64,000 bases of DNA from Phoronis australis (lineage: Eukaryota > Animalia > Phoronida). The stretch spans positions 1,990,477 to 2,054,476 of the forward strand of contig NMRA01000011.1 of the NCBI GenBank assembly GCA_002633005.1, given 5' to 3'. The notes beneath the pieces are model-generated. The model saw only the letters and a list, made by a program, of their open reading frames with translations, searched no databases and was not told the DNA's origin. The position numbers and the translations under genes are program-made. Below are positions 39,795 through 53,559 of the stretch, piece after piece; position 1 is the stretch's first letter, and each line of letters starts with the position of its first letter.

Positions 39795-42339
39795 ATTGTT
39801 GTTGACCATCCTGATGAAACTGCTTGAGGATTATTGTGTTGTTTTCTGCAGACAAACTTATACAGTCTTCACATGCCGTTTGCAGTACATGTGTGCTCGG
39901 TTTAATTTTGGGAAAACCACATGAAAATGTTTAATTTCTCTGTTAACAAAATTAATCAAAACTGTCTGTTTTTTGATGGTTCGATGATTCTAGGCACTGC
40001 CATTAGTCTATTTCAGAGACTTGATACAAAACACCGTTTTCGTTGAGAAATACGACAACGCCCAGACATACTTACGATAAAATCTCACCGATTTTGAACA
40101 AAAAATAACTTCAATTTTCAAGGTCTTCTTGTAATGTGAATGCGCAGACACTTCCCAATAGTTGCTATAATGTAGAACTTAAGTCTGGCAAAGCCTTTAC
40201 TTTGTGCTACTTATGTCAGTGATGAAAATAAAGTAAAATTTTACTGTCCGATTATTGTCATGTAAAATTTGTGGGACCGTATATCCAAATCCAATAATGT
40301 TTAATTTCCATACTCCAAGTTTTAGAGACTGTTCCAAAATGGAGAATTCTTAACCTAAGTTGTTTTCTGCTAAATTGACCTCTCTGTAGTTGTGCATTGT
40401 TAAATGGAGACTGGGGTCGCCATGCAATAAATATCTTGTTATTTTGCGCATTAATACTTCATTCATCTTGCTGCCATTTGAAGGCATTGATGAGAGGAAC
40501 ACATCTAAATGATTGATGGACACAAATTTAATATCTTAAGGATCACTTAAAGTGTAAATATTAGTTTGCTTCATAACATATCCTAATTAATTGTGAACGC
40601 TTGATTTTATTGTTTTGGTGTGGAGACCACTCTGTATACAAGACTAAGACTTGTTCCTGGTTTAGTTTTAAAACTAATGTCTTGATATTCATAAAAGTTG
40701 CAGTTTGAAGTTCTGATTAAAGACTTGAGAATTAACGAACTGTTATTTCTTATCAAGCTTAAGTAATGAAATCATTTCTATCTCGTAAAGTAAAAAAGCC
40801 TCCCCCCCAGAAACATTTCAGTTTGATTTTCCCGATTGTCTTCAGTTTCAATCCCCTGTCTTTAATTTGCCATTGCTGGCTATTTTTGGTTGGTCTGTTG
40901 GTCTATTGCAGTGTCACTCGGTTGGTTGGGTGTCACTCTTCCATCCATGGGAGTTCCAGTCGGGGTTGAATGCATGAACAGACTCAAGGTTTCTTGGAAA
41001 ACACGATCTTGTAGCGTCTTGTCATATTGCGCATGCTTGATACCGGTTGAGGTCAAAATCACTGAACAGGATTTAAGATTCAATGAAAAAATTAAAGCTT
41101 GAGCATGTCAGCAAGCCACATTTGAAATGGACGATATCAAGCAATATGTGGTCATGACAAACAATCTTTTCATGTGCGTTGGTTCAGTTGACATGGCAAC
41201 TTGTTGCAGATATTATCGTGAGGTGTCCTGATAAAAACTGATTGTGGGCTGAGCTTTAATGCATGTTACAAATATCGGTATATTACTTTCTTATTCTGTA
41301 GTTAGGTACACAATGCTGTGGTGGTATTGCGCTTTCATGAACTTGACTAATTTTTGCTTGGTGGCAATGTTTTTCAGTCATTCCTCTAATTTCCAAACCC
41401 TTCCTACTCATGTTCAAATACAAAGATTAAAGGATATCCTATGGGATCGTGTGACAGATTTATTAGATGTCACGATCAATCGTTCAGTAGCTCATCTGAC
41501 GGGTTTGTTTCAGACAGATAGGGGCTTAGTCATCATCTGTCCATGAAATGAGATTTAAATCTTACTTTAAAGCCTCTTTCTCACTAATCTTAGGCCATGA
41601 TTACTGGGTATCCATGAAACTCCCAAGAGTAGGATATTTTTCTTTTCCTCAACTTTGTAATTAACCGATATTAACATTAGCCAAAGGAGACTGGTACAGT
41701 CTACATGAAATTAATCTTCAGTAATTATACGTTTCCTCCACCTTATAGTCGTTTGCTGGTAATTATGCATTTCGTCTGTTCAGGTGGCTAAAAACAGGAA
41801 TCTGAACACTTCAGAGTTTTTTGGGAGCTGGCCAACTCTAAAATTGCACATGAATGCATTGCCTGTGTAAACGAAAGTTGAACCCCATCTTGTAACAAGT
41901 ATTAGTTAATATGCAAACAGTTACAACTAACAACCATTCCAAACTCCTTCATAACTTTCTACCAATTGGAAACGCATGAGCATGCGTAACAGTTGAATTT
42001 AACCCAGTGTCCCCTGGGTTTTGAAAGGAGCCTAGACTGCCTTGTGTAGAATGGTCAAAGCAGAGGTGGAGCCAGATTCTGCAGTAAAGACTGTCATTGT
42101 GTGATCTCGGCATGGGAAGAGTTTTGTAAGCTATCCTTCTGACTTATTTTAATGGTCAATTAAAGTTGTGTTTGGAATTGGACACCCCACGACATTGGCT
42201 AATCAGACTACTCATTAAAACTGAATTCTCCAGCTCTAGGCATGTATATGTAAAATCATGCACAGAAAAAAATATTTGAACCCGTTAAGACCTGATTGTA
42301 TAATGAAACTTTCATTGATATCTTTTATATTCTATTAAA

Positions 42340-42515
42340 GAATTTGTTAAATGCACGACACTTTTCATTGTTCATGGTCTTTATTCCGTTGCATTCATAC
42401 TTTCTGAACAAAACTCTACTCTCTACTGAACATAGATACAGTAACTGACCTAGCGACATAATTAAAAGACACACGATATTTCGAAACATACTTGTTTCAT
42501 TCTCAAGTGAAGATA
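42340..42515 (-). repeat. Dispersed repeat, inverted copy of about 7410-7580
   Basis: gagaatgaaacaagtatgttt.gaaatatcgtgtgtctt and the downstream sequence match in reverse complement. Confidence 0.75.
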
Positions 42516-44249
42516 AAATGACGCAGTAATGCCACCACAGAGTATAGACTGACGACACACACAGTGAGACACGGCGGGTGTGAAATACTGCAAAGAATGA
42601 CTAATGAATTGGGGTAACAGGAAAGTCACGCAAACAAGTGTAACATGCGGCGTGACCCTGTTTGCTGCTCATTCAAAACAGGCTTCTCAAAAGCAATTAA
42701 AAGGGACACTAATACTTTCAAACACAGCACATCGTGCTCCATGTAGCGAATTTACGTATTTTCCACAATTTTTTGACGGGTGATTTTACGTGCGTGGTAT
42801 TGCAGAAAATGATCTTGTATGGCGCCATTTTGAAGATATATATATTCTATTAAACAGACGATTTATTCATCCATACCATACAAAGGACTACTGAGACAAC
42901 TAGACTGCCTGGTTTAATTTGTTCACCATTTCGTGCAATATAATTCACATAGTAGCACCATTTATCTTTTGTATAGGTGAACACAAAAAGCGGTCAAATA
43001 AAATTTACTGTTTCTCCCCATTTCGTCCTTGCCTTGTCCCTACTATTCAATTGCTGTGCATTGTCGGATAACCAGTCTGTGCCGTATGTCGGTCTTTAAC
43101 CAAACATGAGAAGGGGGAGAAGAAATGACTATGAGGAATTGTTTAAAATCTGATTTTAAATCACTGTTTTTCTGTTCCGTCGACAAACATCTACACCACC
43201 CGTGTAACTATTGTATGTTGCGTATTCATTTTTACTAGTGATTTTTGCATAGCGGTGTAGTTTTCCTGTCAGAATTAGATGTGTGTCAGGCAATCAATTT
43301 GGGCAAGGTTACGAGTGGCGAAGCCTGAAAACGAAGCATAGTCTCCCAGATTTTAGAGCACACGGGAAACACTGCCTTTTTTCAAAGCTGTATAATTATA
43401 TGGCTTTGTAATGAGGTAGGTAAAAATGAAATCTCTCACCAAATTAAGGTCATTAAAAACTAGCCTCTTCCTTGAGAAATACAAATTATCAGTGCTAAAA
43501 ACTTGCCATTCTATCGTTATTCTGCCGCTAAATTTGTTGATCGATAAGTCCCTCATAACAATCACACGAGACTCGCACAACGTGTTCATTGTTACTGTAG
43601 TGTAGCCAACGTGCTCTCAATAGACGGACTTAAATAAATACACAAAACATACCAAGAGTGGCATAGATAAGGTATTATCCCACTCGACATGATTTCACGT
43701 ATCGATACACAGAATAATGTCTTGTAGGATATTACTTCATCTACGCCAATTGAGGTGCGTTTTGTATTTATCGCATACACTTTGAATTCTTAAGTTTCTT
43801 TCTTTTTGGGCAAATCCATTTAAATACTTCACCCAGACTGTTCACTTAGCTTATCATATCCTATATGTATGTACTTGTATATTAGAGGTTTTCTCTAGTA
43901 AAAGAAACAGTTTAAAATGTAACGATCGAAAAGAGGCAACAAAGTCGAAAAAATCCGTGTGCTTTGGACTTGTAACATCTCATGAAAATAGTTAAATAAC
44001 AACATTTGATATTGTAGTTCCAAGCAATCTGGCGCCTGAGCTGCAGACTATTATATATTTAGTAAATAAAACTGAGACAGAAGTGTCGTATAAATTTAAC
44101 AGTTTTGTCGCAGATGTTATGTTTGGTACATAATTGCATGTAGAGTGTTATTTATACTGCTGCAATTTAATTACTTTAATTAAACTATTTTGGGAAAGTT
44201 TGATGATCGAAACGGCTACCAACGTCGAGTGGACATTGACCTATCTTTT

Positions 44250-44572
44250 GAACTTTCCGCATTAGAGGGCACTGTTAAGGTAGTCTCGCGAGTGCAATAT
44301 GGAAAACAATATCCCATGGCCATATTGTACTTGACTTATTCGGGATAAATAGAAGAACGCATATCTGTTGAAGAATGACACTCGTAAATGACAGGAGAAC
44401 ACTTTTTTAAGTTAGCGTCAATCCCACTATTCAATATTCGTTTGAGAGTATGAATGAACTGTGTCATCTGTTGTCATAGCGATAACTTTGACATCGCTGT
44501 TAAATGGGAAAGGTAAGCGAAGTTTCGGCGAAGCTTCGGTTAACTGAAGTTCCCCTAATGGAAAAGCGACCT
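44250..44572 (-). mobile_element. Harbinger-like MITE, same family as 36858
   Basis: cggcgaagcttcggttaactgaagttcccctaatggaaaagcgacc is the reverse complement of the 36858 end. Lies about 115 bp upstream of exon 2. Confidence 0.6.
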
Positions 44573-44686
44573 TTGATTCTCCGTATCTCTGTTACCTCCT
44601 TAAGCCTGTAATATTGTCTGTTGTTTTCTTCATGTAAGGCTACAGAATACTATTTGTGTTCTTAATCCTTGTGTTCATCCTTTCAG

Positions 44687-44889
44687 ATTTCATTGTTGAG
44701 CGTCAGAAACTATGGCAGGAAGTACTACCCCAGTTGCAGCACACCTATAGGCAGTATGGACTGGAGGTTGAGTTTGTTGATCCATACCAAGGTGCTCTCT
44801 ACGACCATGTCATTGACCGTCACCTGTTCAACATTCACCTGAACGAAATCAAGGAGTGTGGCAGGCTCTCAGAGGGACCCTTCTTCTTG
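44687..44889 (+). CDS. NWD-like coding exon 2: DFIVERQKLWQEVLPQLQHTYRQYGLEVEFVDPYQG...HLNEIKECGRLSEGPFFL
   Basis: Polypyrimidine tract and tttcag acceptor; G+AT completes Asp from exon 1. Donor GTAAGT at 44890, phase 0. Carries the ER..L...V.P.L, G.E...VD and EI..C.R.S.GP.F motifs typical of NWD1/2. Confidence 0.92.
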
Positions 44890-46584
44890 GTAAGTATACC
44901 TGTTTGTCAGTGTCAGTGTTGGATGATGTAAGCAGCCACACACGTCAAAGTATATTCCCAGTTTTTTCTGCCTTACAAGACAGTATACTTGTCTTGTGCC
45001 CTTTCAAAAGTATGCACACATAAGAGTAGTCCCCCCCCCCGGTCACTTTACCTCACATCTCAAGCTTTAACTTGGCTGTTTGGTAATGACGTCATCAGAA
45101 AATTTAGGAGGTTCTATTAATAGGACACAGCTGCTATGCTGATCTGGAGAGGTCTATCTTTCAAGCGTGCCCAAATAAAAATTAAAATTTTAAATCTTGA
45201 AAATGCACCTTTAATGGTGTCCAACTGTGAATGTGTCAACGAAATACCTATTGAGGCTACAGTGTGATTGATCTGTGTGTTTCATCTCGTTGAATTAATT
45301 TGCAATTGATCAACGGGAGAACATGCACTTTATCAAGTAATACTCAGCCCATCTACAAGAAGTGCAAATGTCTGTGTGGAAGTAAATACCTGTGTCAATA
45401 GCCTTGATGAACTTTATTTCTGTGTATTTCATTTGTTAATTCCGGAACATTCCGTATGTCTAATAGAAAAAAGCTTGAGATATGCATAGCTGTCCGAGCT
45501 ATAGAATTTATTTCCAACACTGAGTCAATATAAATTGATCGAAGATGCGCAGTACAGTACTGTACGCTCCAAAGATTATCGGACATCAATTCATTTCCTT
45601 TTGATAACTCACCATGCCAGCACTTTTTGCACAGAGTTGTTATGATAGGAAATTCTCGTAGTCTTTTGGCATAACTGGGAATTGTGGGTAACTTTGTCCC
45701 ACTGCTTTTGCTACAGCATCCTAATGATCTTCTATAATCCCTTTCCGATACAATTACAACTGTGCTTATTTTAGGTTTTCCCATTAACTTTGGAATTAGT
45801 TTCAAAACTAGTTCAGTGAATGCATTGCATATAGTGCCTTCGGTCATATGTCCTGCTTTTTTGTTCTTGTCAAAATGGCAAGGACCTACCCCCCTTCGCT
45901 CAGCATCAGTTAGCACTGCCACCCCCTTTTGCTAGCCTTCACAGGCTCTGCCTCAAGTAGCCAAAACTTACATTTTTTGATGTTTCAAATCATCTCTTGT
46001 GAAACGAATCTAGAGGAAATTATTTCTGGCTTTGATACTTGCATTGGCGGAATTTTTCCCAGGGAGCCAAACGCAATCTAAGGTCGCCAAATCGAGCATT
46101 GCCATTGTAGCTATGCATTACGCTTCACTGTTCGTCCACGTCTTTATTGCAGTGTGAACTCCCGCTGTTAACTTTGATTGAAGACCAAACTTAAGAGTGT
46201 TCCATTAACTGAAAGAACAGTAAGACTGAAACTTCAGTAAAAACAAAGCTTTGGAGCCAGTGGGAAAGGCTTTGATAGTAAAGTTCTCTGCTCCTCTAGC
46301 TGAGCTAACTCAGTCAACCAATAAGGTACTAGCATTTTAGTTCATTCATGCCACTGATTTTCTCTGTCGCAATTCCGGGAAATTTCATCTACAGCGCTGC
46401 TGTCAATTTTTAAATGCATGATAGGACAGTTGTCGATCCATAAACATCTGGTGGCATTGCAGAAACTTGGTGACTTGTAAGCATAACGACGGAAATCAGC
46501 ACTTGTCACAATGAGGGTACCGTAATTGAAAGCACGGGTTCACTTTAACATGCTTTTTGGTGCGAGTATGACTAAACAATAACT

Positions 46585-48652
46585 CAGGGATATACTTAGC
46601 CACTCGCCCAGTCGCCAATGCGTGTACTTATAGTGATGCTGGGTGAGTAGAAGTTCACTCGCTGGTCACCCAGGTGGCGAGCGAATTGAGCGCAAAAGCA
46701 TTCTATTGTTTCAAAGATGAACATGAATAAATTTTCTCTTCCCTGTGCTGTTTTTAAGATGAATTTAAGGTTAAGGTAAGTTTGGTCATGGTGTCGATGC
46801 TCCAGCAGTAAAAAAACATCGACGCAGTGCACTCCTACCGAGTCAGTAGATGTCACCCGTTATGCGAATCCTGGAGACAAAAGGTCACAGTGAGTTTGAC
46901 GTTTGGCGTGTGGTGGGTCCTGTACAAAGGAATGTGGATTTGTCTGAAAAGAAGAAAAGGGGGGGGGGGGAGGCAGAATACTGGTCCATGTGCTCACAGT
47001 AAGTGAAATACCATATTTCTTGCAACTGACATCTTATTGTGCAGTGTAATTTTAGACAAGACTATTTTATAAATAATAACATTGGAAACTTTCATATAAA
47101 TTTTTAATGATAGCAAGGACAACCATTTAAAAATGGTTGTCCTTGCTATCATTATTACCAAAATGAAGTATTGCTATTTTAGCTAGACTAATAATACATG
47201 TGTAGAATCTATTTGGTGCGGCCATAAGATTTCCCGATGCTACCTCTTTTTCCGAATTTTGGTCCAGCCGTATGATTTAGCAGTAAAGCACAACGTTTCT
47301 CGGTGTGGCCACTGTCAAGGCAATGAAAATTGTTGCCACCCCTTGAAAACTGTTCTAGTCCCGAGGCAGAATCGTGATATGCACGTTGATTTGTGCACGA
47401 CTGGTGCAAGTATTTTTGTCTTGGGTGTTCCCATTTTCATTTGTCAAGTGTAATAATGTGGAATGTGGCGGTTTTAGAGGGAATCAGTCCTCCTTCTAAG
47501 GAAACTATGGCAGAAAAAAAGAATATATGCCGATTATTAGGAAAACCTGCAACAGAAGGCAAGATTTTGAATCTGATTGGCAGAAAGGGCAGGCCTGGCT
47601 TCAAGATTACTGTGTTGGATGATGTATCATCTTGAGTAGCCAGCCAGCGAGCTGTAGACTATTGTCAAAATACAGTTAGGTACCACTGTGTTGAGCTCTG
47701 ACAGGCCTCGAATTTCCACACAGCCCTGATAGTTTTGCTCGTCACCTCGCCGTGAAACTAGTATCAGCATATAGAGCTAAAGACCGGCGGGGGGAGGGAG
47801 GATGCATGGAAAGTCTAGAGGTCAACCGCCACTCACCTTGCCCGTTACAGCTGTTTAAATGAAGAACAATCTAATGCCATTTTCTTGGGTCATTCTCTGC
47901 CTTTTGGAACAAAGAAAAGTACGTCATCATTTTGAAAACAGTACATTCATGACACGCGCACATGCCATTTCCGTAAAGTTTCATGACATCTCTAGAGAGG
48001 TGATGACTGCAAAATTTGTTCTGAAATTTGGTTTGCTGGTTTTAAAATATTGAAAACTTATAAAGAAGTACAAACCAATTGCGATAATTTGTTATGACGT
48101 GTACGCAACCTCGTGAAAGAACCACAGTTGATTGAAGAATTGGGAACAAAGAAACTGGCCAATAAGTGACGCAATATTTCATGGCGCCGAAAGCCAACGC
48201 AAAGATAGTGCAGCAATTTTAGCAGCAGAATATTGGTAGACCGCCAATTATTCCAACAACGGTAAATAATTTAGTGTACTCAAGGGAGAGTAGTTTTTAA
48301 AGACTTAATTTTGTGTCAGATTTTATCTGGTCAGTCTTTTACCCACATCAGCGCATAGCTGTATATTAGTACATTGTATATAGCTTTGTGCCAAGGCTAC
48401 ATCTTGCATTGCTGGGAATTAATTGACGTTGAAAGTTTCATGGTAGAAATTCTGCATTTTCGAAAAAACTATACTAGCTGTAATAGATGGTGACATCAGT
48501 ACACGAAACGATTATTTTTATTGAGGTTGGCAGCAAGTTTGTGGTGACCTATGTGAAACAGATGGATAAATAGACTTCATGCTGAGCGAGTGCATTTTCT
48601 GGCTGGCTCGCCCAGCTGGCGAGTGGGGTTTTGAAACCTGGGTACAGCCCTG
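46585..48652. mobile_element. Possible hAT-like non-autonomous element
   Basis: caggg.t.tac ... gtacagccctg ends, with cactcgcc/ggcgagt subterminal repeats at both. TSD not convincing. Confidence 0.4.
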
Positions 48653-49899
48653 CAACTTTGTAAAAGTACAAAATTGAAGTGAGCTTTCATTACATCAAAG
48701 GAACATAGGGTTTTAGCAAATCTTTTGCACGAAAAATTCTCAAAGAACGCACACGTGGTCACGCTGAAGTTAAATCTCACAACAATTCACTAAAAGCTGA
48801 AGCTTATGCAGGACTTGGTAAATTTTTGCTAATGATTTTCAAGTGAAGCACGAGATCATTGTGGCTCAGTACTGGCTATTCTAAGTTTTGCATCTACGAA
48901 TTTCACATGCTATAAACATTCCCACTAAATAAGATCGGTCCTAACCCCAATGGTTAAGGTAAATGGTGGGGTTTGGAAAATTAAACTAGACCGTATTTAT
49001 CCACCTTGGCTGAGTTGCGCTCGGCTCTCGATCAAAGGGATGCCGCCAAGCTGCTCTATTCATCGAGTCAGGAGCGAGGATAATTGGCTTCGCTCATGCG
49101 GATATGATCAGCTGATTACAATCTAGCTAGCAGACTGTACTTGTTATGGAGTTTTACGTAGTTTTTACTGTAATATTTGAAAAGAGGAGCGAAAACAAAA
49201 AAGGGGTACAACTTTGACTTTTTCAAATCGGCCCAGGATAAGAGAATTTTGCAACACATCAACACTCATGATTACTTTCATTGGGCGCACACGAATACAA
49301 AAATATAGGACCCAAGTTATTTAGATTTTGAAACACATGCATTGCAATATTCAAAATACGTTTATTATGAATCTTACAAGCTGTAAAACGACGTTGTTTA
49401 ATTTCATTGTGCTTATTCATTGTCATCCGTCCGAGATGTGATCTGCGGCGTGCACGTATGTGTACAAAACAAATGATTGTTATGTTCCTGAAGTACGAAA
49501 ATTAAGAAACTTTAGCATGCCGTTGTTATTGACAGGGACACGATAAAACGAATTTGGATTTTGACTATAGTCTTGATACAGCGAGCTGGCTGTCCACTGC
49601 CTCAGTGTCTCCGTTAAACCCAGAAATTTCACACAGCTCGGGTAGTTCACCTCGTCCCCAACATGTAGATCGAGTCTTGGACTATTAATACTCCACGGTA
49701 GAGCTAACGACCGTCGGCCCGTGTACACAAAATCTGTGAGTTAACCAGCGCTCACCTTGCACGTTGCAGCTGTTTAAGTGAAAAACAGTCTACTAAACGC
49801 CATTTTCTTGCATAATCTTCCGTCTTTTGTAACAAAAAAGTCTGTCGTCGATGACCCGCACACGCACGCTCACTCGCTCTCATACGCAGACGAACTTCA

Positions 49900-50365
49900 A
49901 AACAAACGTCACGTGACAACAACATGTGTGTTCATCCAGAGATTTTTCTCGTGTTGTGGGGTACGATGTAGCACAGATTTGCACTTAATCGCACTTAATC
50001 TGGACTCCACATGAACTTTAAAAATTGTAGAACATAAGGAAGATTTCAGGTAATTTGTTGAGTNGAGTCGAAACTATATGTTTATTCCAGAGTTCAAAAT
50101 TTTCCTATTGACGATCGCGATTCAGTCGGCAAGTTTTCGCCCTGTGATGAGCACAATTTTTTTGAAAAATTATCGTAATTTAACAACGGAAGTTGATAGC
50201 TATGCACCACAATTTTGTAGAAAGACTGTCATAGGCTACAAATATGTCACAGAGCGTAAATTTGATGAATCCTAGCTTCCGATTTTACCCGTTTGGGAAA
50301 CCGGGTTTCAACTGCTGTAGGCTGCAATAAGCGTCCCCTCCCTGTGAAATGAATTTTTCTAAGCC
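49900..50365 (-). repeat. Inverted partial copy of the Tc2-like element at 27192
   Basis: attttgtagaaagactgtcata...gcgtaaatttgat.aa.cctagcttcc matches about 27290-27380 in reverse complement, and the similarity extends on both sides. Confidence 0.7.
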
Positions 50366-50805
50366 TTTATTAGAGCCAATCAAGTATACAGCTTTCCACC
50401 AAGGCTAGATGATGCCAGGACATTATTCTTTGTTGCATTAGTAACTGGTCTTGGCTAATTATCATTTTATGGCCTGGTCATCCATTCAGCTAAAAGTAGT
50501 TCCAGAGATGGCTTATCAGCCAATTATTCACGCATGCTGACTCACAATAGAAGCTTGATAAGAGTGAAGGTGGATAAATGGGGTGTTCCTACAGTTTCTT
50601 GTGGTAGTGGATGTGTTCACAACATGAGTCCATTGTTTATACAAGTCTCCAGGTTATCAGTGTTGTTTACGAGCCGACAACTGTCCCACAATGCATTTGG
50701 AAAATCAGAACATCGGTGCCGCTATTGAGTAAAGTTTGTCATAGATGAAATTCCCCAAATTGGCATTTTTTTAGTGTTTTCACTAAACTTTTCATTGACT
50801 TTCAG

Positions 50806-50905
50806 TGTTTCGTTGGGAACAAGTACGAACCCTGTTGCTTACCGGAGTTCATAGAAGACTCGGAGTTTATGCACATCAAGAATGAAGCATTTGAAGCCGG
50901 AAAAG
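50806..50905 (+). CDS. NWD-like coding exon 3: CFVGNKYEPCCLPEFIEDSEFMHIKNEAFEAGK
   Basis: tttcag acceptor, phase 0 in and phase 1 out (g/GTATT). Supplies the expected G.KY....P..I...EF..I motif and bridges the phases of exons 2 and 4. Confidence 0.88.
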
Positions 50906-53559
50906 GTATTTTGAATAATTCTTTGCTTACCACGTTAAAATCTCAGCAACTACGGACAAAAATAATTGCCTTTTCTCATTTTTCAATGTGTTTTTACAAT
51001 GATACTAGGACCCAAGTTTTCAAAATTGTATGGGATCACTTGGACATGGTAAACCATTTATTTGGTGCAATATATTTTATATTAATAGATGAGAAACTAA
51101 AATTTCAGTTGTCAGACGCACTGTACTGGTGGATTTAAGGGGGGGGGCAAGGGGGTCATGGCCTTGCTAAAATTCTCCCATATTCCATTTGGCGCTTCGA
51201 GGTTGCGAATGTCTGATGGACAAAATCCTGGATAATACTCTGCCCTGCCCCCCCAACTCAAAATCCTGGATCTGTCCCCATATTGTATCATAAATTGGTG
51301 AGATTTTACCCTAAGTATTTTGCATCGCCTTATTACTGTGTGCGATTATACCCAGTTCACAACTGGCTTAAGCTAGCATTTTCACTAGCACTTTGGCCAG
51401 TACCTAATGCTAGTCATGTGAATGGTTACAAATGTGTCTCGTTTGCTGGTGCTTTGCGATTTCGGTACACTTTCAAATTTCTCAACAAAAATAAGAACTT
51501 ATTTACTTCAAGCGTTTAGCATTGTTGATATGACGTAGCTATTGGCAAACAACTTTTGGTTAATGTTTTCATTATTTGTAATAATGTGGTAAGCCTCTGG
51601 ATAATTGAAGAATTAGTGTCATTGCTATTGTAGCAATTATTTTTGTCCCAAATTGAAGATTTTTACTGTACGAAATTTATTTGCTCTTGCTAATCCCAAG
51701 TGAGAATTTTGCACGCATTGCACGCTCAAAGTGTGTCAGACCTCAAAGTGTGTCAGACGTGGCAAAAATTTGTAATGTGTGGAAAAAACATGTAATCTGT
51801 ATAAAAAACTGCCACGCTAGCATGTAAAATGAGTAAAACATGTAAAAATTCGACGCATTGCGTGTTAAACATGTAAAGACTACCAAATTCACAAGTAAAA
51901 TGTGTCAGAGTATGACATGTTTACATGGCAAACGTGTAAAAACTGCCTCGCTCACGTGGAAAACGTGGCAAATGTGCTAAATTTGCCGCGCTCACTTGTC
52001 AAGCGTGGCATCCAATTATACTCAAATGTCAGTGGCAAACATAAAACATTGCCATGCTCACGTGGCAAACGTGTAAAATATGACACTATCAGAAAATCCA
52101 CCAGATTTTCTCTCTAGAATGGCATGGCATGTGTGTAAAAATATGTGGCAAACATGTATAAATGGAATTTATGACAGAGCTCTTCAACAAAGATACACTT
52201 TAAATAGGCTTGGCAGTTCAAGGGCTGCTGGGAGATAATCACCCAATGTGAATGACTAAAGGTGTTCAATTAAGAACATCAAAGAATTTGCAACAAAAAC
52301 CAAGTTAGAGTTGGCTTAAGCTGTCAGAGAGTGCAGTTGTGTCAGGAGAGTGCTAATGAAGCATGGTCTTTAGGTGTGATGCAACTGTAACAGAAGTTTG
52401 ATATGTACATATTCTGCTTGACAGTGGCTCAATAAACTTCTCTTGCAATGGTCCTTTTAGACAGGTAAGAGGATCGTTACAGAAAACAAGAGTCGGAATA
52501 GAAATTGTTGAGGGTCTAGGTATTATGAAGTTAGATTGTCCATCCGTCTGAATTCAACCACACATCTTCTAAAGTAGTGTATCAATTCATAATTTGTTAT
52601 TTGTTACAGATTTTTGGGTTCAATAACATTGTACACTACAGCTTAAAGATTGTACCTTGAAAATAGTGCATTTTTAAGTTAAAATTCAATTGAGAAGTAT
52701 TTTAAAACATAGAATAGACAGGAAATCACCTGAAAATACCTACAAGTACAAAGCAATTTCTTCTAGCTTGATGACTTGAGATGATATGAATAAAGCTCGC
52801 AATTTCGGCAGTGTTTTGAATTAACTTGCATGATTTGATCATATTTTGTTTGCTCATATTTTATGCCTTGCTTATATACCTTCAATTTTAAAGCGCATCT
52901 TTAACCATAATTTAAGTCATTTAAAAAATTCACATATATGCTTGTTTTAGCATCAACTCACATTTTGAGTCGGCTTGGATGTGGATAAGACATTTGTGCA
53001 CTTTGATATTTTCACAGGTTTGAACTGCAAGAGACACATGAACTTGATGTTATGACATATGTTGAAGCGCTTTTGCTAGTTCAAAAAATGTTACAGTGCA
53101 TTCTGTTCTTCACTTCAGTTCATTAACTGTCTTCAAGCAGCTGCTGAAGCTGCCATTACTCAAAAGTTTACTGAAATTTAGTGACAACAGTCTGTGGTAA
53201 GAATTTGCTTAGTTTCATTAAAAATTCTATATTATTATCACATTTTGGATTATTTACATTGCACAATAACTAGTTTTTAGTTATTTTGTGGCTAAAATGT
53301 CTTCAAATCTGTACTTTTGACATTTCAGGTTGTAACTCTTTGCAAATGTCAGACAAAATCAATTATTTCAGTGTACTACCAACCACCCCTGTTGAGAAAG
53401 TAGTGCTAGGTATGCAAAGGCCATGCTGAATAGGCATTATAAAAGTTGTCTGAATGCAAAGTGAATCATAGTGTGACCAGTGTAAGCCAGAAATTCACCA
53501 CATGTATGACTTGTAGTAATGTTTGTGTTGCTTTGATTTAAGATTATCTCAAACCTTAT

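Noticed and set aside
45395-45922. 175-aa minus-strand ORF, the longest gap-free ORF
   Set aside because: GTG start, no recognisable motif and no splice-phase link to any gene; probably a chance ORF.
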